From an uncultured Fibrobacterota bacterium (GTDB taxonomy: Bacteria; Fibrobacterota; Chitinivibrionia; Chitinivibrionales; WJKA01), in NCBI GenBank assembly GCA_964589825.1, contig CAZPUS010000003.1:64275-128274 (forward strand): a stretch of DNA of 64,000 nt. The letters run 5' to 3'. This document shows positions 45,689 to 55,800 of the stretch, in pieces. Position 1 is the stretch's first letter. Each line of letters begins with the position of its first letter. Below the pieces are notes generated by a model, which worked only from the letters and a program-made list of their open reading frames with translations, was not told where the DNA came from and searched no databases. The translations under genes and the position numbers were made by a program.

Positions 45689-46786
45689 ATGTTCCGCACA
45701 ATCACCATCGCATTTATACTGGCAGTTATTTCCGCATGCATGTGCCCCGTCTTTACAAAAGAGAACCACGTTCATGGTGTACTACAGCGCAATGAACGAT
45801 GGCGAGCAGAAAACGGTCCCTATATTATCAATGGGGATCTGGTTGTTCCGGAAAATATTAAACTTACGATTACACCCGGAACACAGGTATTCATCGCAGT
45901 CCCCGATGCATATGACATCGATATCACACAACAGGATCGACTCGATTCCTTACTCTCCGCAATTAAGATACGAGGCACATTGAGCTGCATTGGAAAACGC
46001 GATGCGCGTATTCGTATCCTTCCTTTATTCGCCAACCGCAGTCGCGCGGCATGGTACGGTATTATTCTGGACCACAGCTACAGTGAATTGACCGAGATCG
46101 CGTTCACCGATATTGTCGGTGCAGCCTATGGAATCTATGCAACCGGATGCAGACCCGTCATCCGAAACTGCATATTCGAGTACAATAAGGTAGGGATTTT
46201 CAACCACGACAAGGGCAACACCTATGCCTTCAACAATGTGTTTGCACGTAATTTTGTATGCGGTGCACGGATAGAGGCATCAAACCCGACGTATTACAAT
46301 AATATTTTCTATTCCAACTGGAGCAATGGCCTCTGGGGAGACGATGTCTCGAGCCTTACATTCGAATATAACTGTGTGTATGGCAATTCGGACAATGCTC
46401 TCACCGGGTGTAATCCAAAGTACGGACTACTCACCACCGCCAATGAAAACGGTGACTCAACCGACTATGCGCATAATATATACGCTGATCCGTTATTTGG
46501 AGAGACCGCAATCGCTTCAGGTACTCGAAGCAAAGAAGAGCCTGATTCCGCGCCGATAAAGGATACCGCACTCATTCGGTTGTTAAAAGATGACTCGACG
46601 CATCACGCCGGCAATAACCGCACCGCAAAAATCGAATCGCGTCTTTACAACAATGCCCGGTTCAGACTTAAGAATAATTCCCCTTGCATTAACGCCGGCA
46701 ATCCGAAGAAAGCCTTTAAGGACAAAGACGGCAGCAGAAATGACATGGGGATTTACGGCGCCCGCGAATTTGTCGATCTTCCCTGA
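45689..46786 (+). CDS. Lipoprotein with right-handed parallel beta-helix (PbH1) repeats
   Basis: Start moved to the ATG at 45689, preceded by an AGGAGG SD. Signal peptide/lipobox MFRTITIAFILAVISAC. Repeated beta-helix rungs (NCIFEYNKVGIF, NNVFARNFVCGARI, NNIFYSNWSNGLW). Confidence 0.7.
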   Translation: MFRTITIAFILAVISACMCPVFTKENHVHGVLQRNERWRAENGPYIINGDLVVPENIKLTITPGTQVFIAVPDAYDIDITQQDRLDSLLSAIKIRGTLSCIGKRDARIRILPLFANRSRAAWYGIILDHSYSELTEIAFTDIVGAAYGIYATGCRPVIRNCIFEYNKVGIFNHDKGNTYAFNNVFARNFVCGARIEASNPTYYNNIFYSNWSNGLWGDDVSSLTFEYNCVYGNSDNALTGCNPKYGLLTTANENGDSTDYAHNIYADPLFGETAIASGTRSKEEPDSAPIKDTALIRLLKDDSTHHAGNNRTAKIESRLYNNARFRLKNNSPCINAGNPKKAFKDKDGSRNDMGIYGAREFVDLP

Positions 46787-46864
46787 GACACCTCATCGCC
46801 ATGATCCATCACCACAATACCCCCCCCTCTTTACCATAGCGTGCAGACATATACCCGTGGCACC

Positions 46865-47350
46865 TCACTGCTCGTGCAGCTCAAGCCCCTCCATCATCTC
46901 CTTCAGCTGCTTTCTGGTCGCCTCGTCTATCTTCTGTCTGTTATCGTATTCTTCCAATGCCCGTTCAACAAGCAGAAAACGCGCACGATATTCATCGGTT
47001 AATCCATTAAAAAGACCGCACACATCCTGCATCTGGCGTTTTTCACGGAAGAAAAGCCGTGTAAAGAGATCGCCCGTACGCATCGACTGTGCCCATTTTT
47101 CAAAACGGTATATGGGAATCACGTGCTTGCGCGATGTATACATCCCCACAAACGCCGCAATGACGATATTAATGATCACGCTAACCATCAGACTGGGCAA
47201 TAAGATGGTAAATACCGTCTCCTTATTAAGATTTCCAGAGGTATCCATCTGGTAGATCAATACGCTGCGATAGCGAATAAAATAGGCAAGCAAAATAATG
47301 GCCCATGATACAACCGTCGCGATCACCATCCCACCGATGATTTTTTTCAT
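46865..47350 (-). CDS. Small two-TM membrane protein with HAMP-like linker
   Basis: Start trimmed to MKKIIGG (ATG at 47350). Two TM spans, then a helical segment (PIYRFEKWAQSMRTGDLFTRL...). Confidence 0.5.
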   Translation of the reverse strand: MKKIIGGMVIATVVSWAIILLAYFIRYRSVLIYQMDTSGNLNKETVFTILLPSLMVSVIINIVIAAFVGMYTSRKHVIPIYRFEKWAQSMRTGDLFTRLFFREKRQMQDVCGLFNGLTDEYRARFLLVERALEEYDNRQKIDEATRKQLKEMMEGLELHEQ

Positions 47351-47561
47351 TACCCCTATCTGCACATCTCTTTTTACGAAAAAATTGACGAATGGTCTTC
47401 TTCCCGATCTAGGAGCCATGATCTGCCATCTCCCTCTTTAAATGTGTGTAAGAATGCTGCTATACTACGTATTATACCACCTTGGGCTCTGAAGTGTCAA
47501 TAGCATCACACCACACCAATAGTTATACCATACTGATATATCTGCCAACTGCAAAAATAGA

Positions 47562-49436
47562 TTATTCTTTAACGATCTGTTCGTTAAATGCATAATAAAT
47601 GACATTGGTCACCCATTTAAGCGCTGCTTGCTGACGTGAATCCTTTTTGCCCATTTTGGCCAGCCAGGCTTTCTCTTTATATCCTTCGGTATACAGAATG
47701 GCCGCACGCCCTTTAAATGAATACCCGAAGACCCCTTTTTCAAGGTAGGGCAGATCGCGTGCGTCGACAGATCCTGATGAGGGCACGTTATCGATATTGT
47801 AGTATGAAGAAAAAACAGGATGTTTGGGGTTCTTGCGCGGCAACTTTCTCAAGTGACTCACAAAGAAACCGCCCGTCTTTTTACAAAGTCCCGCTTCTAT
47901 CTGATACACATAAAAACCGCTTTCCACCGGATTTCCATTATTATCCACCGCATACCATTTGTAGTGCTTGTTTTTCTTCAGGTAAGGACGTGGTGCCATT
48001 TCGTAAAGTGTATCGGTATATACAACGGCACCTCGTTTATTGTTGACAGTAATCATCACATCAGTATAGGTCGGCAGAATCATGGGGAAAAAAGTCCATG
48101 GATGAAAGACCTCCGGGACCGGATCGCGCAAGACATAACCCGATACTTCGCTGTCGTCCTGCTGCAGTTTCTCGAGCGTGGCCTGACCGGTACTGTCCGG
48201 GGCCCCGGTCTCTTCAATAATATCACGTATCAGCCCTCGCATACGCACGCACACATTCTCATTATGCGTATTGATAAAATAGATAAAACCACCATGATGG
48301 ATATACGTACGCAGAAAACGCATATTCTGCTCCGACAGGCTTTTGGGCACACCGTGTGCCGAACAGAAAAGAATACGCTGACGCATAATTTCGGATATTC
48401 GAAAAAATTCATATATTCCCTCCAGCTCCCTGCCAGTGGGCCTTTGCGTTTCCCACAACAGCATGAACGACTGCTCCGCGCGTGCGACATAGGCTTTGCG
48501 CCAGTCATCGAGCGGAAAACTCTTTTCAATGGTCTCAATCCAGTTTCCCTCTTCCACCGTCATTCTCGTATCGAAACGAATGCGGAAATAATCGCTCATT
48601 ATTTTTCTTATACGACGTTTAAAAACCTGATACTTGCGTGCACTTATAAACGCAAGTGCATCCGCGACAAGATTGAGGCAGTCGATTTCTGGTTTAAGAC
48701 GTGAAACTTCCCTGGTTTCGGTCGACAAGGTTCTGTCGAGTCCGATCTCATACCATGAGGAAAAGCTCTTGTATCTTCCTACCATGGAAACCGCGCGGCT
48801 GCCGAGTTTGATTTTAAGCGTGGTATTGGTCGAAATATAATCGGCTATATTCTCCAGTTCTCCGTCACTCCACTCTTTTTCCGGATCGTCGCCAGCACTT
48901 CCGGGCAGAAGAAGCGTGGTTATCTCCGCTTTCCCCGAAAGACGCTTGCCGCTTCCCACGATATTGCCTTTACGAAACGAAAAATCGTTCATTCCGATGT
49001 CGAAATCCATATTCATCGAAATGTTGACCGTGGCCAGCTGGGACTGTGATACCACGGCCGCCATCTGATCCGATCCCGCCGCATGCATGGATGGCGCAAC
49101 CGATATGGCGTTGGCATTTGAGGAAAAATTGCGAAACATCGAGGCATCGAACGATTGATCCAGATCGGGATTTGCGGCGATATTGTCGACATTTATATCC
49201 ACATCTATTTTCGGCGGGGCCTCTATATCCGCTTTAGGAGGCGGTGGCGGTTCGGGAGGAGGAGGCGGTTCGGTTACCACTTCGACCGCTTTCATTATCT
49301 TGTCCTTAATTATCTTGTCCGCACCTGTCACACGAAGAAGCAGAAACGCGAGTACATGCGCCCCGACAGTCACAAGCAGAGCAATTCGTGTTATTTTTCG
49401 CTGTTTTCGTCTTTTTTCGGTAATTGCTGATGGCAT
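47562..49436 (-). CDS. Membrane-anchored protein: TonB-like Pro-rich N-terminus, large periplasmic region with a DUF4159-like C-terminus
   Basis: 624 aa. TM ALLVTVGAHVLAFLLL, then PPPPPEPPPPPK. C-terminal pattern LRTYIHHGGFIYF...GRAAILYTEGYKEKAW...VTNVIYYAF. The family assignment is from memory only. Confidence 0.55.
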   Translation of the reverse strand: MPSAITEKRRKQRKITRIALLVTVGAHVLAFLLLRVTGADKIIKDKIMKAVEVVTEPPPPPEPPPPPKADIEAPPKIDVDINVDNIAANPDLDQSFDASMFRNFSSNANAISVAPSMHAAGSDQMAAVVSQSQLATVNISMNMDFDIGMNDFSFRKGNIVGSGKRLSGKAEITTLLLPGSAGDDPEKEWSDGELENIADYISTNTTLKIKLGSRAVSMVGRYKSFSSWYEIGLDRTLSTETREVSRLKPEIDCLNLVADALAFISARKYQVFKRRIRKIMSDYFRIRFDTRMTVEEGNWIETIEKSFPLDDWRKAYVARAEQSFMLLWETQRPTGRELEGIYEFFRISEIMRQRILFCSAHGVPKSLSEQNMRFLRTYIHHGGFIYFINTHNENVCVRMRGLIRDIIEETGAPDSTGQATLEKLQQDDSEVSGYVLRDPVPEVFHPWTFFPMILPTYTDVMITVNNKRGAVVYTDTLYEMAPRPYLKKNKHYKWYAVDNNGNPVESGFYVYQIEAGLCKKTGGFFVSHLRKLPRKNPKHPVFSSYYNIDNVPSSGSVDARDLPYLEKGVFGYSFKGRAAILYTEGYKEKAWLAKMGKKDSRQQAALKWVTNVIYYAFNEQIVKE

Positions 49437-49828
49437 ACGACGTTTACCTCTTGAAAAAATGTATTATCTGGGGTAAAATAATAATAATGACACTGAAAAT
49501 GCCATTTCCGTCCCTGTTTTTTTACCTTCTCTACGGTTTTTCAATACCATGTATGGCGCTTTATCTGTATACGGTGATTGAGGTATGCCGTTTTTTTCCG
49601 CATATAGCATCCACCACCGACCTCCTGTGCAGCATCGGCCATACCTGCAATGCAACGACGACCACACCAGCTTTTTTATCCCTGCAGCTTCGAGCTACCA
49701 ATACTACGCGTAACGTTTACCGGAATAGCCTCATTATTCCACTTCAGACGCGTACCTAAAAAGAATTAAAAATTTGCATATGTAATAAGATATTATGTAA
49801 TTTTAGTAGATGAATTATGTTGCATAAA

Positions 49829-49911
49829 GCCGAAGTGGTGGAATTGGTAGACGCGGCGGACTCAAAATCCGCTGGATTTTTTCCGTGCCGGTTCGAGTCC
49901 GGCCTTCGGCA
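49829..49911 (+). tRNA. tRNA-Leu (anticodon CAA), long variable arm, no encoded CCA
   Basis: Cloverleaf by hand. Acceptor GCCGAAG/CTTCGGC, anticodon stem GCGGA/TCCGC with loop CTCAAAA, variable arm tggattttttccgt, T arm GCCGG-TTCGAGT-CCGGC and discriminator A. Confidence 0.93.
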
Positions 49912-49912
49912 A

Positions 49913-49991
49913 TATAGTCGGAAACCTGTACGGCATTGTCCTGTACGGCATTGTATAGGGTGCACCTGTACTGCTGCGCGGTATAGTCGGA
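49913..49991 (+). repeat. Direct repeats immediately 3' of tRNA-Leu
   Basis: TATAGTCGGA occurs at 49913-49922 and 49982-49991. Between them is a tandem duplication of cctgtacggcattgt (49925-49939 and 49940-49954) plus a partial third copy, cctgtac (49965-49971). Confidence 0.7.
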
Positions 49992-50351
49992 GAGAGACTG
50001 CATTACCCGATCAGCCAATGCAGTGGCCTGCACGGAACGCTATTTGCTTGTACGCGGTACGATAGAATAGTAAATGGTTAAGCTTTTCCGTGTAATATGC
50101 CGATAATAACTAATGTGCCGTTTTTTCAGTATATATACCTGTACGCCGCAATAAACCTGCCTCTGCCGGGAATTCCGGTATGCATGGAGAGGGCATACAC
50201 AGGCGCGTTTTGTGATAAAACCGTTCCAATTCATTTAAAAGCGTATACGCATATATACTTCAACCGAGTTATTTATCAGCTACAAATCAACAAGTCACTG
50301 CAGACATCTTTTATACTGCATTTGTATTCAACAGGAAAGATACTCACGGCT

Positions 50352-50984
50352 ATGCCCATACAGAATTTAATCGCGTACGCGTTTATCTGTCTGCTTACGG
50401 TAACTTCGGCCGCATCGGCACAGCAGGAAACCTATAAACTGCAGCCGGGTGATGTTATATCGATAAACGTAGTGGAACATCCCGAATACTCCGCGCGGCA
50501 TAAAATTCGGCCGGATGGTAATATCAATTATCCGGTATTGGGAGAAATCAAGGTTTCTTCACTAAGCTGCGCAGAACTCGCAAAAATGATGGAAGAAAAA
50601 CTCACTTCTTATATCAACAACCCCATGGTATCGGTAGCGGTCGAAAAATACTACGCAAATAAAATCTATATTATCGGGAATGTGCGTAATCCGGGACGCT
50701 TCGAAATATATGAACCGGTCACCATTCTGAATGCACTCGCGATGTGCGGCGGTTTGACAAAAAAGAATGCCAGTCTGGTCAAGATTATAAAAAAAAGCGG
50801 AGAAATGAAAGATGTAAACCTGAAAACGTCATTTACTGCACAAAATTCGGACCTCCCCATGCTCTACCCGGGAGATACGCTCTACGTTCCCTCTCCATTC
50901 AGCGTACCGTGGGGACTCATTGCAACAATTGTCAGCATTATCAGCTCGTCGATCATGATCGTAGTTAATGTGAACAGACTGTAA
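50352..50984 (+). CDS. wza: Polysaccharide export protein (Wza-like: Poly_export + SLBB)
   Basis: Start trimmed to MPIQNLIAYAFICLLTVTSAASA (signal peptide). YKLQPGDVISINV, IRPDGNINYPVLGEIKV, IIGNVRNPGRFE and LYPGDTLYVP. Confidence 0.85.
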   Translation: MPIQNLIAYAFICLLTVTSAASAQQETYKLQPGDVISINVVEHPEYSARHKIRPDGNINYPVLGEIKVSSLSCAELAKMMEEKLTSYINNPMVSVAVEKYYANKIYIIGNVRNPGRFEIYEPVTILNALAMCGGLTKKNASLVKIIKKSGEMKDVNLKTSFTAQNSDLPMLYPGDTLYVPSPFSVPWGLIATIVSIISSSIMIVVNVNRL

Positions 50985-51014
50985 CGAAGCGTGCGAGCGT
51001 AAGGTATTTTTCGC

Positions 51015-51950
51015 ATGAGCGTACCTGTCATTCTATGCATCGGCAGTGGGAAGGGCGGGGTCGGAAAAACCACGACCATTGCACATCTTGGATATACGCT
51101 TACACGCCGGGGTTTTTCAGTGGGGTTTATCGACGCCGACGTCGGTGGCGCCAACCTCCATCTTTTCCTCGGTAGCGATAACTTACAGAAAGGTCTCGGC
51201 ACACTGCTGACGGAGAAGGATACCCCATTGTCGGATGTAATGAACCCGCTTTCCTTTTCGAACGATTCCTGGTTCGTCCCTGCAGGCGCACACAGTGGCG
51301 ATTTCGCGAACATCGGATTCAGTCAAAAGCAAAAACTTATTCGCCGGTTCAGAGAATCTCAGGCAGACTATGTGTTCATCGACCTTGGGGCTGGATCACA
51401 TTCTCATGTAACCGATTTTTTTGCGTCATTTCCGCACAACATCCTTCTTATCGACGGCTCTCCACCTTCGGTGGAAAATGCTTATATTTTTCTTAAAAAC
51501 AGTGTCGTGCGCGGGCTATTGAGATTTTTCCCGGGAAGACAGGACATCAAAAAATTTATTGCCGAATCACTCTCTACCGGCGGGGTCCGGTCGGTGACAA
51601 GCATCGAAGAGATGATCGTGACATTACAGCACAGTTTTTCGGTCGATACGGACGCACTCAAATCATGGCTCTATTCCCGTCGGATCTATCTGGTAATCAA
51701 TATGCTTACCAACAGCATTGATGAACAACGGGCAAACAAATTGACCAATATAGTACGCAAGTACCTTGCACTCAACTGTGTATATATTGGGTATGTTGCC
51801 TATTCCTCTTTTTTCAAAAATGCGTGGAACCGAGGCGGAAGCCGACACAGCGCTCCCTCATTCCTGGCAGAAAAACCTGAGAAGGTTTCCCATTGTTTTG
51901 ACACAATAGCCCACAATCTTATCACCCTTACCAGAGGCACCAGTCAGTGA
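51015..51950 (+). CDS. MinD/ParA-family P-loop ATPase
   Basis: 311 aa. Deviant Walker A GSGKGGVGKTTT, then IDADVGGANLHLFLG and FIDLGAG. Confidence 0.8.
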   Translation: MSVPVILCIGSGKGGVGKTTTIAHLGYTLTRRGFSVGFIDADVGGANLHLFLGSDNLQKGLGTLLTEKDTPLSDVMNPLSFSNDSWFVPAGAHSGDFANIGFSQKQKLIRRFRESQADYVFIDLGAGSHSHVTDFFASFPHNILLIDGSPPSVENAYIFLKNSVVRGLLRFFPGRQDIKKFIAESLSTGGVRSVTSIEEMIVTLQHSFSVDTDALKSWLYSRRIYLVINMLTNSIDEQRANKLTNIVRKYLALNCVYIGYVAYSSFFKNAWNRGGSRHSAPSFLAEKPEKVSHCFDTIAHNLITLTRGTSQ

Positions 51951-52801
51951 GTTATTTAACCTATTGGAATCTGAAAGAAAAGCCGTTTGAAGAAGTGTGC
52001 AACAGCCATTTCTTTTTTGAAAGTGATGATCACCGGGAAGCCTTCGATCGTATGCACTACGTAATAAACGACCGCAATATGAACATATGCCTGCTTACAG
52101 GGGAAATCGGATCCGGAAAAACGATCACAAAAAACATACTTCGCAGTACGCTTTCACCCCAGCATTTTCAGATCATTGATTTTGACAATTCCAATTTTTC
52201 CTTCGAGGACATTGTATACGATATTATCTCGCGATTCAGGTTCAGAGACCCTGCCATAGAAATGCAGCTTGACGAGAGCGTAAGTTCGCCCGGCCGGGGT
52301 GATAAGTATATGCTGATGAAATCATTTACCGCCAAGCTCGAAAAACTCGTGTATACCGAAAAACGGCACCTCGTACTTATATTCGATGAAGCACAGCAAA
52401 TGTCTGAAGAGGTGATTGAAGAGATAAAAAATTTGACCAATATTTCATCTGAAACACAAAACTACATCACCGTGTTTTTCATAGGACAACCGGAGCTTCG
52501 CACAAAGATATCACGGCTAAAGCAAGTGGACCAGCGCATTTTTCTGCGTTTTCACCTTAACAACCTCGGGTATGAAAACACCCGCAAATACATTCAGCAT
52601 CGGTTGCGGGTTGCAGGCTGCGAACACGAAGCGATATTCACCGCCGATGCTTTTTCGCACATCTTTCACAATACTGCCGGAGTGCCACGCGAAATTAACA
52701 GAGTATGCAAGCTTGCACTTACCTACGGGTATGCGCATGGGCTCTCTGAAATAACAAAAGAAGATATTCAGGTAGTAATTAACGATATCACCGCTACATA
52801 A
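51947..52801 (+). CDS. ExeA/GspA/MshM-like AAA ATPase (PEP-CTERM-locus ATPase type)
   Basis: 284 aa. GTG start overlaps the upstream stop (GTGA). Walker A GEIGSGKTIT, LIFDEAQ and FIGQPELR. Confidence 0.8.
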   Translation: MSYLTYWNLKEKPFEEVCNSHFFFESDDHREAFDRMHYVINDRNMNICLLTGEIGSGKTITKNILRSTLSPQHFQIIDFDNSNFSFEDIVYDIISRFRFRDPAIEMQLDESVSSPGRGDKYMLMKSFTAKLEKLVYTEKRHLVLIFDEAQQMSEEVIEEIKNLTNISSETQNYITVFFIGQPELRTKISRLKQVDQRIFLRFHLNNLGYENTRKYIQHRLRVAGCEHEAIFTADAFSHIFHNTAGVPREINRVCKLALTYGYAHGLSEITKEDIQVVINDITAT

Positions 52802-52807
52802 ATACGC

Positions 52808-55800
52808 ATGTCAGACAAAGAAAAAAAACCGTTCAGACTGGGAGACATCCTTTCAAGGCTTAAGAAAGACGGAAGCCTTGACGACGTATCGGAGGGGGCA
52901 ACGGATAACGATGAACACCGTGCCGAGACCGGCCATTCCGGCCTTTTTTCTTCACCCGGATCGATGTCCGCACTGCACAATTCACCAAAAGACGATTCTC
53001 TTCCTGCACAACCGGTATTCGGTACCCCCCGGGCACGAAATGAAGCGCAATCGGTTCCTCGACAGGAAAAAAACGAACCGCCTTCGAGCTTCGCTTCGTC
53101 AGATGACAATAATACCTCCGGAAATGAGAGAGCCTCTTCGGGTACGGTTCCCCCTTCTCCTCCTCCACCACCGGGCGGATCCGGATCGGACGGGGGCAAT
53201 TACTTCCAGGGCGGCGCATCATTTTCCGAAAACGATGATGAAGAAGAATTCGACATATACCGCTACCTGAGCGTCATTCTTCGCCGCAAGTGGCTCATTG
53301 CCGCCTGTGCGATCATCGCCGGGCTTTACAGCCTTTACAACTTCTCAACCGCAGAAAAGCACTATATTGCACGGGCGCGACTTCTTTTTACCCCCGGTTA
53401 CAGACAGCTTATCAATGACGATGCTATGATGTGGCAATTATGGGGCAGCAGAGAAATCCGTCTCAATACCCATCTGGAATTACTGAAAAGCAACAGACAG
53501 GTTCTCGAAAGTGTTTCGGATAAACTTGGCGAAAACGTCTCTCCCACAACCATAAAAGCGGGAATCACTGTCCATCGCGGCGGTGGCAAGGATGATGACA
53601 GCGAAAACAACATCATTGTTCTTACATTACAACACAACCATCCGGATACTGCGCAGCTGATACTCAATACACTGTGCAGAGAATACATGCGCTATATAAG
53701 CGAAGTGAATGCGCGCGATCTCACTTCCACAATTATTAAACTGCAAACCCAGATAAACAAGATAAAAAACGACCTCAGCGATAAAGAAAACAAGCTGCGG
53801 GCATTTAAGGAAAATAATGAACTGGTTGAGCTCAATAGTGCGACAAACACCATTATATCGAAACTCTCCAATATGGAATCGAATCTGCAAAACACGAGGA
53901 TCGATCTGAAATCGAATCGTGATAAGATTAAATCGGTAACGCAGGAAATGACACAAAACGACATGAAGGTAGTAGGAAATATAACATATGAAGATCCCTA
54001 CCGCAATCGTCTTTCCGAACTTGAATTCGATCTCAACAACCTGCTTACCGAATATAGTCCCGACCATTACAAGGTACGTATGGTCAAGGATAAAATCGAA
54101 AAAATGAAGGAGATCATTCGCTCCGATATCGAAACAAAGATCGCACGAAAAAAAACATATGTAAACAACCCTATTCAACAAACGCTTCGTCAGCAATACA
54201 TCGATCTCAATCTGGCGATTACGGCGCTGGAGTCCAAACGCAAGGCCCAGGAACAGATCGTCGAACAGCTGAATCGCAAGCTACAGTCTCTGCCTGCACT
54301 GCAGCAGGAATATGCGCGTCTTCAACGCAATACCAGCTCACTCGAAAAAACACTCCGCAAGCTTCAGGACAAATACGAAACCCTAAAGATCAAGCGGGAT
54401 TCGCAGGAATCCGATCTCAAGATTCTCGAGCTTGCAAAAGTGCCACAAACCGCATATTCCGACATGAGCGTGTCACGGATACCGCTCGGAATTATAATCG
54501 GACTGATTATCGGAATTGCACTCGCATTTGTGTGGGAATACCTCGATCAGACGATCAAGGATCCCCAGGAAGTAGAAAAGTCCACCGGGCTTCCTCTACT
54601 TGGGCTCATTCCCTATTATGAAAACGACGAATCACCGATACTTCATGGCGATCTCACAAAAGATAAGACAAAACTCGAACCCTACCGCGCGCTCAGAACC
54701 AGCCTTAAACACATTTTTTCCACACACCATATCCAGAGTCTCCTGGTCTGCAGTGCAGTAAAAGGCGAAGGGAAAACCACTATCGCGATTAATCTCGCGA
54801 TTTCGTTTGCCCTTGACGGCAGGAAGGTGATTATTGTAGACGGCGATCTGCGTCGTCCGAGTCTGCACGGTTTTTTTCATATTCCCTCTCCGTCAAAAGG
54901 TCTTACGCATTGCCTGCAGGGCAGCGCCACGATTCAGGACGTAATAACCCCTACCAACATACCCAATCTCTACTGCGTAACGGCCGGAGAACGGGTTGCC
55001 GACAGTGCCGAGTTACTCGGCTCCGCTCATCTTTCCACGTTGATATCGAGTCTTAAAGAGCATTCTCAGCTGGTGATTTTTGATTCTCCTGCGCTCGTCC
55101 CAATCAGCGATTCAATTACCATCGCCGCATCAATGGATGCGACTATTTATGTATTACGTGCGCTGTGGACCCCACGAAAAGCAACGCTGCAGTCCAGAAA
55201 TCAGCTTAGTCAGGTCGGAAGCAATATTATTGGAGCGGTGCTCAACGGACTCTCCCCTGCAAGCGGCTACTATCCGTACTACTACGGCTATTATCGCTAC
55301 TATTCTTACAAATACGCCTATGAAGAGGACGAACCCGCACCCCGTCATTCAATCCGCCGGTTCGGATTGGGCCTTGAAAAAAAAGCCAGAGAGGGACTCC
55401 ATATGCTCAAGCTTTCACTCCCCTCTTTTTTCAGCAGAATGGGAACTTTTTTTTCACACCTGGGTCGCAGCACATTATTCTGGATTCTGCTCGTGCTCTT
55501 TGTCGGCCTTGCCGTTGCCTCCGGCCTTATCTCCTCCAGACGTGCTCACAAGCAGAAAACCATCAAGGCGGCCGATATCTCCTACCGTGGTTCTGTCGCA
55601 CAATCGGCCGAATCCGTCTCTGGATCTTCCGCTCGGAGTAACACCCCTCATACACCAATAACAATTGAAAAAGAACAAACCTCATCCTACGGGGTCTCCT
55701 CCTCGGATATAGAGGCACTGCATCGGGCAGTCCAGCAAAGAGACAGTGCATTTTTTTCCGGGGATTTCTCGGAATACCGGCGTTATTACGACCGGGATGA

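Noticed and set aside
47820-48704. 294-aa + strand ORF inside the 624-aa minus-strand gene
   Set aside because: The minus-strand frame gives a coherent protein (TM, Pro-rich linker, long uninterrupted ORF with a conserved-looking C-terminus). The + frame has no features. This is less certain than the other shadow-ORF rejections, because neither product is a known family.
49925-49954. Tandem 15-bp repeat, considered as a mini CRISPR or satellite
   Set aside because: There are only two full units with no spacers and no cas genes. It is reported as part of the tRNA-flank repeat structure instead.
50050-50064. cgcggtacgat upstream of the envelope locus, considered as an ops/JUMPstart (GGCGGTAG) element
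   Set aside because: Only 6 of 8 core positions match and there is no flanking JUMPstart context. This is too weak to call.
50097-50351. 85-codon N-terminal extension of the Wza-like ORF in the track
   Set aside because: The extension lacks any signal peptide. The internal Met at 50352 is followed directly by a typical signal peptide (IAYAFICLLTVTSAASA) and the Poly_export domain.
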